A DNA stretch of 64,000 nucleotides from Oculina patagonica (Eukaryota). The notes beneath the pieces were generated by a model, which saw only the letters and a list, made by a program, of their open reading frames with translations, searched no databases and had not been told where the DNA came from. The number at the start of each line of letters is the position of its first letter. Position 1 is the stretch's first letter. Of this stretch, positions 37,469 to 49,514 are shown in pieces. The translations under genes were made by a program, and so were the position numbers. The stretch is from contig NC_135761.1 in NCBI RefSeq assembly GCF_052425735.1, positions 9,734,001 to 9,798,000 of the forward strand. The letters are read 5' to 3'.

Positions 37469-39409
37469 TCATTGTTTGTCTTTCATTCGCTCTTGAAATA
37501 TCGCTGTAATTTCCCTATTAAATAACCTCTCCATGTCTTCTTGCGTAATGATAGCCTCTGTGCTTTCCAACTTTCCTTGGAATTCTTTGGATAATTTTTC
37601 TGTAACATCCTTTAAGTCGCTTCTCTTCAGCAAATCCAAAATTCCTTTAAATTGTGCTTTTCCTTCTTCCACGTTCTCCTTGGCTATTTGCATCTGTTCC
37701 TCTCTCAGGAGCTTCATCACTCTTGTAGTCGGAATTTCCAACGAGGGCTCAGCTCCATTTTTCGCTCTGTCGAGGAAGACAAGTGCCAGTGCAAGAAATG
37801 CATCATCAAAGGAAAGATCCTTGACTTCTTTCTTTACGAATGACTTGAATTCGTCCTCACTCTCGTCATGGTATTCATCAAGCTGCCACAATTTGTACAG
37901 ATTTCTTGCCAGTATCGATTGGTAAGCATTTAAAGCTACATTTAACTCCCTTTCGATGTCTGTCGAGCTCTCCTGAATTCTTCGTATACTTGCTATGACA
38001 TCCTTGCACTTGCCCACAAAACGTGAGTGGAGAGATCTTAGGAGTACCTTTTGATCTTTGTGGTTTTGTTCTTGCATTCTTAGGAGATCGCCTTCCAATT
38101 GCAGACCAATATCTTTAAGGTATGTGCTTGACAGATAACTCATTGACTGAAGCCTTTTCAGTAAGCTGACTGTCTTTGGTAAAATGTTACTTCTTACTTC
38201 ACCAACAATCACAGCAGCTTCCTTAAGACTGGCAGGATCTTCATACTGTAAAAGGTTACTCTCGGGCATGATGTAATGTGGCAGATGATGTGCCTTCAAA
38301 CACTCTTGGAGACGATCCAACAGGAACAAAAGGCAATTGGCGGAGTTTTCTTCTTTCCAAAAGACCTCTTCTTGTTTCTCGCATTCCCAAAACAACAGAT
38401 TCTTCAAATAATACGTTGAAATCACATCGGGAAAGTAAAACTTCTTGATCATCTTTAACAAAACCATGACGTGTCGTTGCACGGGAGTGACACTCTCTCC
38501 AAGTCTATTTTCGGCCAGGGAAAAGGATATCCTCCATTCCGTTTCATCCATGGCATCTTTTCCTCCGTTGTCACTCGCAGATGGCACTGTGGAACTGGTT
38601 ACTGACAGTTCCGGCTTTTGGCAATAATACAGTGTTTCTACCGGCTCATCAGCGCGCTTTCCTCTCCCAACAGGGGCCAAATGACATCCAGCGTCAAATA
38701 TTTCCTGTATCAGTTCAGGTGAGGGCCAGCCACTTGGACGCTGTCGGATCAACCATTCCATAGCAGGCTCTGGCCACGCGATTGGATATTTGAAAACGCC
38801 TGTCTGGTCTTCCTCATAACTTGAAAAACCTCCGGACTCAAGTTTACGTACAGGACCGTGGAGATCGTAGGACCACGCGCTCTTTTGGCCGTCGAAACGC
38901 GTTTCTTCAAGGCCTTTCATTGAATGTTCTGCTGAAGGCAGCAGAAACGAATGGTGAAGAAAGGAAACATTCTTGTAACGCGGTCGATGATCTTTCCACT
39001 CCTTGGTCAGTCTGAGCTTTGCGTATCTTGGGTCGTCTTCGGCATGTTCAGCAGTAAAAATAGGTATCAGTTTCTTTTCATTATTTTCCACAAAGGGATC
39101 ATTTGCTGTCATCGTGTCACGATCAGGCTGCCAATGTTCTTGTAAGACCTGAAGAGGGTTGACATGGTCAATGTCACTTTTTCTGAGTACAAGTTGAGGG
39201 ATACAGAATCCTTCAACGCGACTTCCAGCCTCTTTTGTGGCATCCGATGGACTTGTGAGACATTCTGGATCTGCCCGCTGTGCTTCGTTGTTTGTTTGCC
39301 ATCCAAGCCAATCTGCGTAGACATACTCCACAGGAAACATACAGTTAATCAACGCAGAAAATGGCTGAAGCCATATGTTTGATGTTTGATCAAAGTCAAA
39401 CGAGGAGTG
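37469..39409 (-). CDS. cGLR D, main exon
   Basis: Phase-0 acceptor ctctacag|CACTCC (HSSFDFDQTS...); 646 codons. Motifs AGSRVEG, PDRDTM, EEDQT, GCHLAPVG, EWRISFSLAE, ISTYYLK and LPHYIMP. Confidence 0.93.
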   Translation of the reverse strand, partial: HSSFDFDQTSNIWLQPFSALINCMFPVEYVYADWLGWQTNNEAQRADPECLTSPSDATKEAGSRVEGFCIPQLVLRKSDIDHVNPLQVLQEHWQPDRDTMTANDPFVENNEKKLIPIFTAEHAEDDPRYAKLRLTKEWKDHRPRYKNVSFLHHSFLLPSAEHSMKGLEETRFDGQKSAWSYDLHGPVRKLESGGFSSYEEDQTGVFKYPIAWPEPAMEWLIRQRPSGWPSPELIQEIFDAGCHLAPVGRGKRADEPVETLYYCQKPELSVTSSTVPSASDNGGKDAMDETEWRISFSLAENRLGESVTPVQRHVMVLLKMIKKFYFPDVISTYYLKNLLFWECEKQEEVFWKEENSANCLLFLLDRLQECLKAHHLPHYIMPESNLLQYEDPASLKEAAVIVGEVRSNILPKTVSLLKRLQSMSYLSSTYLKDIGLQLEGDLLRMQEQNHKDQKVLLRSLHSRFVGKCKDVIASIRRIQESSTDIERELNVALNAYQSILARNLYKLWQLDEYHDESEDEFKSFVKKEVKDLSFDDAFLALALVFLDRAKNGAEPSLEIPTTRVMKLLREEQMQIAKENVEEGKAQFKGILDLLKRSDLKDVTEKLSKEFQGKLESTEAIITQEDMERLFNREITAIFQERMKDKQ

Positions 39410-39979
39410 CTGTAGAGGAAAAAGGAAATTGCTGAGTTACACAACGCTAGCACGCAGTGGGATTTGGCATTGTGTGACGAATCAAAAACAAAAGGTTGAG
39501 CAAAAACACTTGGGACACTCGTTGCTCACCGTTGCTCTACAGAGATCTGTAGAGAAACGTGAAATGTTGGCCTGTGCTCTCGGTAGTAGTATTATGTTTA
39601 TGTAAATTTTCACTGAATTTATGGCCAAGCATACTTTTGTATGTGCGTATCACCACCGGCCTCGCTCTTGACTGTCTTTAATACGTTTGTGCCAACTTGC
39701 ACGTTAACTGTAGTTGTAATTGAAGACTAATTGACCTCGTACCTCCAGTCATCAAATTCTAAAGTTTCTGCTTAATAAAGGAAGTAAATTCGGACTTCAA
39801 ACAACGAAATGAACTACCATTTTGTAAAGCAAAGTTTCCTTTTTTTCTAATATGTGTGAATATAGTTCAATTTAGCTCGTTTATTAAACATAATGTGTTC
39901 AGAGAACTCGATTGCTCAAAATGCGGCTTTTTGTAAGCAAAATAAGTCAGTCTATAAATTGACGACCAATGACCCTTAA

Positions 39980-41616
39980 GGTGGATTTCCACTGACGCGT
40001 AAATATTTACGTACGTAAAACGTGCGTAAAAAAAGATACGTAGGCAAATTTCCACTGTCGCGTAAAAAGTAATAAAAAGCGTTTCCTTTTTACGCGCGTT
40101 GAACGTGCGTAAATGCCCGCCATACTGAATTATCAAGTTGGTTAATAGAGTGCGTGATTGTCGGCCATATTGGAGGAGTATAACAATAAATTGTTTTTCC
40201 TTTGGGAAAAAAATCATTAACATTTTTATGCAAATATCTCGTTGCTTGACTCTTCCAACATGGCTGACATGAAAACACTTTGTACCACACGCTAGTAAGA
40301 AATGCGTGAATATGATCAAGAGGCATTTTATAAATACTTCCGAAAGACACCATCAAGTAAAAATAGATTTGAAGCGACCTTCCCGGATTGCCGTTTCAAC
40401 GCCTACGTGACCTAACGCCAGGCGTTTTCTTTCACCACTGCGTTCGTGTAATTTGGTTCTGTAGTCAGTTCTATAGATTATTGCTGGAAATGTTCAAACT
40501 TTTTTCGATGAGAAGTGCTTTTACATCTGAATGTTTTCTCAAGTAAATCGACGGCAATTAAAAACAAAATGGTTTTTCACATGGTAAGTGGTGTCATGTG
40601 ACAAAATCCAAGAGTATGATTGGGTAAATCGCTGCGTAACCGCAGACAGCCGCGAAAAAAGTTAAACTCAGTTCAACTTTTTTGAAAACACTCGCGATCG
40701 CTACGTGCGTATACGTGCGTGTAGCGAACGTAAATACCAAGAAAAAAACGTGGCACTGGAAATTGGACAACGTAAATTCGACGCACGTAATCGCGCGCGT
40801 AAAATTTCATATTTAAGTACGTTTACAGTTCTTACGTACGTTAACACGCGTCAACANNNNNNNNNNNNNNNNNNNNNNNNNNNNNNNNNNNNNNNNNNNN
40901 NNNNNNNNNNNNNNNNNNNNNNNNNNNNNNNNNNNNNNNNNNNNNNNNNNNNNNNNNNNNNNNNNNNNNNNNNNNNNNNNNNNNNNNNNNNNNNNNNNNN
41001 NNNNNNNNNNNNNNNNNNNNNNNNNNNNNNNNNNNNNNNNNNNNNNNNNNNNNNNNNNNNNNNNNNNNNNNNNNNNNNNNNNNNNNNNNNNNNNNNNNNN
41101 NNNNNNNNNNNNNNNNNNNNNNNNNNNNNNNNNNNNNNNNNNNNNNNNNNNNNNNNNNNNNNNNNNNNNNNNNNNNNNNNNNNNNNNNNNNNNNNNNNNN
41201 NNNNNNNNNNNNNNNNNNNNNNNNNNNNNNNNNNNNNNNNNNNNNNNNNNNNNNNNNNNNNNNNNNNNNNNNNNNNNNNNNNNNNNNNNNNNNNNNNNNN
41301 NNNNNNNNNNNNNNNNNNNNNNNNNNNNNNNNNNNNNNNNNNNNNNNNNNNNNNNNTTTTTACGTGCGTTTACGTGTGTGAAAAAATTTAGAGGCAATTT
41401 ATGAACGGCTTGCGTAAACGTGTGCGGAAGTTGTTTATTCATTGTCTCTAATGGTGGATTTCCACTGACGCGTATTTTTTTACGGGCGTTTACGTGGGTG
41501 AAAACATTTAGAGACAATGTATGAACGACTCGCGTAAACGTGCACGCAAGTGGTTCATACATTATCTCTAAATGTTTTGACGCACGCAAAAATTTACGCG
41601 TCAGTGGAAATTCACC
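39980..41616. mobile_element. PIF/Harbinger-derived element(s) at the palindrome axis (spans an N gap)
   Basis: TIR ggtggatttccactgacgcgt after TAA. Plus-strand transposase N-terminal remnant YHTLV/EMREYDQEAFYKYFRKTP (~40283-40352, frameshifted). Minus-strand MADF/Myb-SANT remnant PNYTNAVVKENAWR* (~40410-40460). Confidence 0.75.
40857..41356. other. Scaffold gap (N run)
   Basis: Run of n. Confidence 0.99.
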
Positions 41617-42113
41617 TTAAGGGTCATTGGTCGTCAATTTATAGACTGACTTATTTTGCTTACAAAAAGCCGCATTTTGAGCAATCGAGTTCTCTGAACA
41701 CATTATGTTTGATAAACGAGCTAAATTGAACTATATTCACACATATATTAGAAAAAAAGGAAACTTTGTTTTACAAAATGGTAGTTCATTTCGTTGTTTG
41801 AAGTCCGAATTTACTTCCTTTATTAAGCAGAAACTTGAATTTGATGACTGGAGGTACGAGGTCAATTAGTCTTCAATTACAACTATAGTTAACGTGCAAG
41901 TTGGCACAAACGTATTAAAGACAGTCAAGAGAGAGGCCAGTGGTGCTAGATATGCACATACAAAAGTAGTATGTTTGGCCATAAATTCAGTGAAAATTAC
42001 ATAAACAGAATACTACTACCGAGAGCACAGGCCAACATTTCACGTTTCTCTACAGATCTCTGTAGAGCAACGGTGAGCAACGAGTGTCCCAAGTGTTTTT
42101 TTGCTCAACCTTT

Positions 42114-42903
42114 GGGCGCTTTCCATTTGACCAAAAATTCTGGTTTGAGTTTCCGGAAAATTCCAGTGGCAAATGGAACAGTATTTTCCAACTTTTCCGG
42201 TTGACTGCACGGAAGGCAAAACAAAATTTGCATATGGTCAGGTAGTGCGTCTACTATGGAAATTTCTACGGTGCATTAAAATAATGCACTGTGGCCAGTT
42301 TCCTGCAAATATAACTCGATATTTTTGTAAATAAAAAGCATTCCGAGCACTGAATATAAACGCCATGAATGACATCGTGGTGACAAATACAGGGACCTTT
42401 CAAAAGGCACACTACAAGCAACGAAAACGTCCCCAACCCAAAATGTTTGATGAGCAAAACGTAGCCTGCACGCGCGTTATAAATATTTGTACATTTCAGT
42501 TTGCTGCCGCCTGCAAAGCAACAACGAAAAACAACCGAGTTCACCTACATTTTTTTTGGAGTTTCAAGAATGCTTCCTTAACACATGTAGCTGCTTTCAG
42601 CTGCACAAATCGCTAAATTTTCTGCCGAAGGAACTTAGGCTGAGTGTAAAATGGTAGCTTTTTCCAAAATTTTCTGAAAAGAGGACAACCTCGCAAGGTA
42701 GACCCAAATTTTCGAACACAATTTCCGGGAACTTTCAGTTCCATTTGATTTTGCTTCTGGAATTTCCGGGGGTTTCGGTTGAATGGTTCGCATTTCGGAA
42801 TGTCACCACTTTCCGGATTTTCTGGAAACTTTTCCAGGAAATTTCTGTACCATTTGTCCTTGTTCCGAAATTTCCGGAATTTTTGGTCGAATGGAAAGCG
42901 CCC
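42114..42903. mobile_element. Harbinger-type MITE (right arm only)
   Basis: ttt|gggcgctttccatt ... aatggaaagcgccc|ttt. Absent at the mirrored site ~39490. Confidence 0.8.
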
Positions 42904-42986
42904 TTTGTTTTTGATTCGTCACACAACGCCAAATCCGACTGCGTGCCAGCGTTGTGTAACTCAGCAATTTCCTTTTACCTCTACAG

Positions 42987-44927
42987 CACTCCTCGTTTGA
43001 CTTTGATCAAACATCAAACATATGGCTTCAGCCATTTTCTGCGTTGATTAACTGTATGTTTCCTGTGGAGTATATCTACGCAGATTGGCTTGGATGGCAA
43101 ACAAACAACCAAGCACAGCGGGCAGATCCAGAATGTCTCACAAGTCCATCGGATGCCACTAAAGAGTCTGGAAGTCGCGTTGAAGGATTCTGTATCCCTC
43201 AACTTGTACTCAGAAAAAGTGACATTGACCATGTCAACCCTCTTCAGGTCTTACAAGAACATTGGCAGCCTGATCGTGACACGATGACAGCAAATGATTC
43301 CTTTGTGGAAAATAATGAAAAGAAACTGATACCTATTTTTACTGCTGAACATGCCGAAGACGACCCAAGATACGCAAAGCTCAGACTGACCAAGGAGTGG
43401 AAAGATCATCGACCGCGTTACAAGAATGTTTCCTTTCTTCACCATTCGTTTCTGCTGCCTTCAGCAGAACATCCAATGAAAGGCCTTGAAGAAACGCGTT
43501 TCGACGGCCAAAAGAGCGCGTTGTCCTACGATCTGCACGGTCCTGTACGTAAACTTCAATCAGGCAGTTTTCCAAGTTACGAGGAAGATCAGACAGGCGT
43601 TTTCAAGTATCCAATCGCGTGGCCAGAGCCTGCTATGGAATGGTTGATCCGACAGCGTCCAAGTGGTTGGCCCTCACCTGAACTGGTACAGGAAATATTT
43701 GACGCTGGATGTCATTTGGCCCCTGTTGGGAGAGGAAAGCGCGCTGATGAGCCGGTAGAAACACTGTATTATTGCCAAAAGCCGGAACTGTCAGTAACCA
43801 GTTCCACAGTGCCATCTGCGAGTGGCAACGGAGGAAAAGATGCCATGGATGAAACGGAATGGAGGATATCCTTTTCCCTGGCCGAAAATAGACTTGGAGA
43901 GAGTGTCACTCCCGTGCAACGACACGTCATGGTTTTGTTAAAGATGATCAAGAAGTTTTACTTTCCCGATGTGATTTCAACGTATTATTTGAAGAATCTG
44001 TTGTTTTGGGAATGCGAGAAACAAGAAGAGGTCTTTTGGAAAGAAGAAAACTCCGCCAATTGCCTTTTGTTCCTGTTGGATCGTCTCCAAGAGTGTTTGA
44101 AGGCACATCATCTGCCACATTACATCATGCCCGAGAGTAACCTTTTACAGTATGAAGATCCTGCCAGTCTTAAGGAAGCTGCTGTGATTGTTGGTGAAGT
44201 AAGAAGTAACATTTTACCAAAGACAGTCAGCTTACTGAAAAGGCTTCAGTCAATGAGTTATCTGTCAAGCACATACCTTAAAGATATTGGTCTGCAGTTG
44301 GAAGGCGATCTCCTAAGAATGCAAGAACAAAACCACAAAGATCAAAAGGTACTCCTAAGATCTCTCCACTCACGTTTTGTGGGCAAGTGCAAGGATGTCA
44401 TAGCAAGTATACGAAGAATTCAGGAGAGCTCGACAGACATCGAAAGGGAGTTAAATGTAGCTTTAAATGCTTACCAATCGATGCTGGCAAGAAATCTGTG
44501 CAAATTGTGGCAGCTTGATGAATACCATGACGAGAGTGAGGACGAATTCAAGTCATTCGTAAAGAAAGAAGTCAAGGATCTTTCCTTTGATGATGCTTTT
44601 CTTGCACTGGCACTTGTCTTCCTCGACAGAGCGAAAAATGGAGCTGAGCCCTCGTTGGCAATTCCGACTACAAGAGTGATGAAGCTCCTGAGAGAGGAAC
44701 AGATGCAAATAGCCAAGGAGAACGTGGAAGAAGGAAAAGCACAATTTAAAGGAATTTTGGATTTGCTGAAGAGAAGCGACTTAAAGGATATTACAGAAAA
44801 ATTATCCAAAGAATTCCAAGGAAAGTTGGAAAGCACAGAGGCTATCATTACGCAAGAAGACATGGAGGGCTTATTTAATAGGGAAATTACAGCGATATTT
44901 CAAGAGCGAATGAAAGACAAACAATGA
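42987..44927 (+). CDS. cGLR D', main exon (inverted copy of D)
   Basis: Phase-0 acceptor ctctacag|CACTCC. About 16 aa differences from D by manual comparison; catalytic motifs intact. Confidence 0.93.
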   Translation, partial: HSSFDFDQTSNIWLQPFSALINCMFPVEYIYADWLGWQTNNQAQRADPECLTSPSDATKESGSRVEGFCIPQLVLRKSDIDHVNPLQVLQEHWQPDRDTMTANDSFVENNEKKLIPIFTAEHAEDDPRYAKLRLTKEWKDHRPRYKNVSFLHHSFLLPSAEHPMKGLEETRFDGQKSALSYDLHGPVRKLQSGSFPSYEEDQTGVFKYPIAWPEPAMEWLIRQRPSGWPSPELVQEIFDAGCHLAPVGRGKRADEPVETLYYCQKPELSVTSSTVPSASGNGGKDAMDETEWRISFSLAENRLGESVTPVQRHVMVLLKMIKKFYFPDVISTYYLKNLLFWECEKQEEVFWKEENSANCLLFLLDRLQECLKAHHLPHYIMPESNLLQYEDPASLKEAAVIVGEVRSNILPKTVSLLKRLQSMSYLSSTYLKDIGLQLEGDLLRMQEQNHKDQKVLLRSLHSRFVGKCKDVIASIRRIQESSTDIERELNVALNAYQSMLARNLCKLWQLDEYHDESEDEFKSFVKKEVKDLSFDDAFLALALVFLDRAKNGAEPSLAIPTTRVMKLLREEQMQIAKENVEEGKAQFKGILDLLKRSDLKDITEKLSKEFQGKLESTEAIITQEDMEGLFNREITAIFQERMKDKQ

Positions 44928-45798
44928 AACATTTTTGAAGACAGCTAAGTAAAAGAACAAGTAAGAACAGAAAAATAAGAACAATTTTGAAGAAAGGAAA
45001 AATTTAATAAATCCCGAGAGAATCAGTAGTGTCGAAAACACGACTAGGCAAAGGTATAAAATGGACTCGATGATCGCGTATTACGCTTAGTTTATAATCC
45101 TGTGAGGCAACTACCGTTGCGGTAACCGTTTCACGAAGCAAAAACATCTGAAAACACATCTGAATTCTGGTCCAGGGAAGCATTATTTGACCAATTAGGG
45201 CGCGCGGTGAACAATACGAGATTTCTTCAAACAAGCGGTCAAAACGTTCGCAAAGCTAGTACAAGGATGAAAGAAAGTCTTAAGCATAAATCAGTAATAG
45301 GTATGTTAGCTTTCCTGATGAAAAAAAGAATGAATGATTCATCAATTTTATTTGATATAAAGCCAACTTTTATGCGTGAACCAATTTAAAAGGATTGAGC
45401 TGCACCCGATTCAACGCTTGTTCCAGATTCGTTCCTTTTATTATTTGTAGTCAAACATTTTAACGTAGAAAGGTCCTAACAGGAACTGCAGCATACCGTA
45501 AAATTCCGGTTCTAGCCCCCCCCCCATTCGCTTATAATTACTGAAGCCTCCCTGGTCAGTATAGGCTCATCTACCTGGAAACAACAACAAAAAATATATC
45601 CGGTCATAATCCCCCCCCCCCCCCCCCACAGATATAAGCCCTTCACTGCTGGATAACAGCATTGAACAGGGCTAAACATAAATGCTTTTATTAAGACTTT
45701 GTCCCCCTCCGATATAAGCCCCTCCGTTTATAAGGCCACCCAAAACCCCTTACGAAGTTGTATAAGCCCAGGGCTTATAATCGGAATTTTACGGTATA

Positions 45799-46327
45799 CA
45801 GTCAACTCTCGCCTTGCGGACACCCCGCTATTGCGGACACTCGCTATTACGGACAAAATCCAGATCCCCGGCGAATAAGGTTCGACTGGAAATGACTCCC
45901 GCTATTACGGACTCTCGCTATAACGGACATTAAACGACGCCCCGAGCGTGTCCGCTATAACGAGAGTTGACTGTACAGTCAACTCTCGCCTTGCGGACAC
46001 CCCGCTATTGCGGACACTCGCTATTACGGACAAAATCCAGATCCCCGGCGAATAAGGTTCGACTGGAAATGACTCCCGCTATTACGGACTCTCGCTATAA
46101 CGGACATTAAACGACGCCCCGAGCGTGTCCGCTATAACGAGAGTTGACTGTACAGTCAACTCTCGCCTTGCGGACACCCCGCTATTGCGGACACTCGCTA
46201 TTACGGACAAAATCCAGATCCCCGGCGAATAAGGTTCGACTGGAAATGACTCCCGCTATTACGGACTCTCGCTATAACGGACATTAAACGACGCCCCGAG
46301 CGTGTCCGCTATAACGAGAGTTGACTG
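45799..46327. mobile_element. Three tandem copies of a 175-bp MITE separated by TA
   Basis: TA|cagtcaactctcg...cgagagttgactg|TA three times, period 177. Absent from the left arm (~36682). Confidence 0.9.
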
Positions 46328-48078
46328 TATTGCGATTATCATAGTTACATAATTTCCTTTCGGAACTACTCATTGATAGCTCTTTCTATGCGGTACTATG
46401 CATTATTTTGATGTTTCTTCTGAGTTAAAAACAATGTTTTGTACCATGATTGAAAATATCGATAAAGATAGCATACTTAAAGGATTAAAAGACCTGGAAA
46501 TGATCGAGGACGCGGTTAGATTAATTTATTTTGCTCTGTCTTCATCGAAAGACCTTTTTCAGTGGTTTCTTTGTGTTTAAAATGCGTCAGAGAATGGTTA
46601 TTAGGTCAACTGATAGTTCTTTAAATGAAAAATGCGTTTGGTTCTATAAATGTTGCCGGCACAAGCTCACTGGAAGCTTAGTAGATTTCAATTTCCCGTT
46701 GTTGATATAGCGGGGATAACAGCACGTGGACTATCTCTATCATCTTCTCTCCCCTTTCGGCTGTCCTGGCTGTCGCCCGTGTCAAAACTAAAATTTAACC
46801 GTGGCTAAATGCAGAAAACTGCAGCTTAAACCTACATGTTGAAAACTGAAATCTAAAACGTAACCCCTTCAAAGCCAAATTCGAAAAAAAAAAACAGCTA
46901 ACAATGTAACACTAAAAACTGAAAGGTAAACTCCTAAATTTCCGAAACTGAATGCCTTGATGTCGCTAACTGGAAGCTGAAACCTAGAATAAATAATTCT
47001 ACTCATCTCCACTACGTAGCCTTTGTCATCCTTTGCTCAATTTGTGAATTTAGAGCGAACGTTTAATTCCCGACATAAGCTTAAATTTACGCTGAGAAAA
47101 GCTGGAATGAGTCTTGGTTTTCAGACTCTTTTGCATGGGTGGCCTTAGTGGTTGCTAAAAATAATCTCTTGAGTAACGTTTTATATTTCCTTTTTTAGCT
47201 CCACGAAAAAAATTAAGGAGCTGAAGCAACTGCACGCTTGTGCTATTAGTAAGCTATTGCAGTATCATTATATCATTAAGACCGCAATAAAAGAGAGAAT
47301 TGCCTGCAAGGATCAGATCCACTTAAACGCGGAAACCTGCAGAAAGGGGTACCAAAGAATTTAAGCTTAGACAACAGTGAGCGTGAAGTCTCCATTGAAG
47401 TAAGATATAAGAATGTAATACATTAACAGCTTGGTAATCTAGTTCGCTTTATAAAAAGTTGCAAAAAGCATTCGCAAATAATATGTAGATCTGCTTTATT
47501 GCAAGTATTCGCCTGTTTATACTTCCCCTATATGCTACTAACACCTGTCATTCCCTTTTTAAAACATGGTTGAAGTTCTAAATTTCTTATTTAGTTTAAT
47601 CTTAAGTCTTGTATTCAGTTGTGATTAAGGGTACCGAATCTATTCAAGGTGTTCTGTCTGCGGGTTTGGCGGTGTTAGTTTCAGATAAGTATTAGTATGT
47701 ATAACAATTATAACACAGTTATAGACGTTATTTTATTTGCCCTTATTTGAAAATAGCTAAACTTGAAAACAGCAGCGTGTTTGCTTGGTTAGTTCAAATC
47801 TCCAATCATATGTCATCGAACCGAGCAAACGCGACTACTTTCTAGAGACCAATATTTCCAGATTGGCTTTCGCGTACACTTTTTGCCTTCGCTTCATTAA
47901 TACAACATCGATAGAGGAAAAGGGAGGAAAGAGAAGAATGTAATGTGTTTTCAACTTGATGACTGTTAATATTGAACCCATGGTCTTGTATAAGCGAGAA
48001 ACAATTCTTTTCACTGTTTATATTATAGGTGGTTTGTGTATTCTCGAGTATTACCTTACGGTTCAGGTGACCAAAGTA

Positions 48079-48397
48079 CTATTCACAACACTAATAATGA
48101 TATGCGAAGTTGAAATACACTTAATAATGGGTATTTCATGGCTTATTTAGCAGTCTCACGTGCAATTACGTAACTGCCAATGATAAATTCTGGTTTGGCG
48201 CGAAAATAATTCATTCTAGCTCAGTTTTCAGCGGAGCCACGAAGAGGTGAACGGCCCACCCTCCCACCCAAAAATCGCGTGGGTCGTATCTTGAACACCT
48301 CCTAAGCCAAGCTGTTCCAGCTTGGCTTAATCCGCTGATCAATCATTTTTCCCACACCTTATTACAACTGAGCATGAATATGAATGTTGCTGAATAG
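48079..48397. mobile_element. Small insertion with short TIRs (right arm only)
   Basis: ctattca ... tgaatag. Absent at the mirrored site ~33698. Confidence 0.6.
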
Positions 48398-48968
48398 AAT
48401 ACTTTTGTATGTTGAAGCTCACGGAACATTTGATTTATCTTAACAAAACTCGCGCAGGATTAAGGCGCACGGCTGGTTTAAATAGGGGTTTACATTTACT
48501 TTTGCGATGGTAATAACATGTGCCGTGCCGAAGGTGTACGTAGCTCTGTAAGTGGGTATGGGAAAATGCTCTTGCGGCTATTTTGAAAGTTGAGGTGCTT
48601 TAAATAACACAACCCGTTGAGGTTCTTCGTTCAAAACCGTTCAAGCCCACCCGGGATTAAAATCATGAGCTTAGACGATTAACAAGTGTAGCGAAAGGTT
48701 TCTGTTTAAATTCTCTCTGAAGTACTGCTTCTTTTCACTGTCACGAATGGCGGATCACAAAAAATTATGTGCCTTAATTTTTGAAGGTAGAAAATCCGTT
48801 TCAGTCTTCCTCTTATTCCCCTTTCTACGCCAGTTTCATTTACTAGTTGCACGTAACTATGTAAATCGAAAACAATAAACATCCTAGCTTACAATCCCTG
48901 ACAATTCTGATGCGAACAATATCACAACTTACTTTTACAGGCCTGAGATCTAATCACTTGCAGTCAAA

Positions 48969-48986
48969 ATGGTTGGGGCAGTATCG
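48969..48986 (+). CDS. Putative start micro-exon of cGLR C' (MVGAVS)
   Basis: Exon 48941-48986: ttttacag|...caaaATGGTTGGGGCAGTATCG|GTATGT, phase 0. Confidence 0.6.
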
Positions 48987-49514
48987 GTATGTAGTGTCTG
49001 CGGAAACCACAGTGTTTCTTTTTATGTTGATATTTTCCTTTGTACTTGTGTTTGTGTCTGATCCAGATAAAACTGAAAATCTGACTTTTAACTGTCTGAA
49101 TTGAACCTTAATTTAAATGTGTGTTTTTTGTGTAACTATTTAATTTTGAACAATGAGCATTAATTAGTTTTCGAATATAAAGCTAACTTGGGAACTGAAC
49201 TTTACCAACACTTTATTAAAAAGGGTTTGTATCCATAAATCTAAGGTAGCTCAGAATTGTGTAAAATTGAATTACATAAACAGTTACCCTGTAACTTCAT
49301 GACAAATGTGTTCAGAATTAGCTAGCGTTCTTATATAAGGTTTTGGAGTTTTTTTTTTCTTGATAGCTTTAGCTTTATTAGTTGGTTTTAGCTTTTTAAG
49401 TTGTAGAGTAACATTTTTCCAGTTAGATACAAGTAAGGCGCACGTGCTGGTTGGGAAGAAAAGTTCGTGTGACCCTCTGAGTGTAACGCAACCATATTGC
49501 CTTCTTTTCTACAG

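Larger units (their letters stand above)
29750..39979. repeat. Left arm of the large inverted duplication
   Basis: Reverse complement of ~41617-52650. Near-identical close to the axis and clearly diverged at the outer end. Confidence 0.9.

Noticed and set aside
40705-41589. 228-aa and 258-aa ORFs
   Set aside because: Artefacts of the N gap.
45799-46327. CRISPR-like array
   Set aside because: Identical 177-bp units with TIRs and no unique spacers; it is a MITE trimer.
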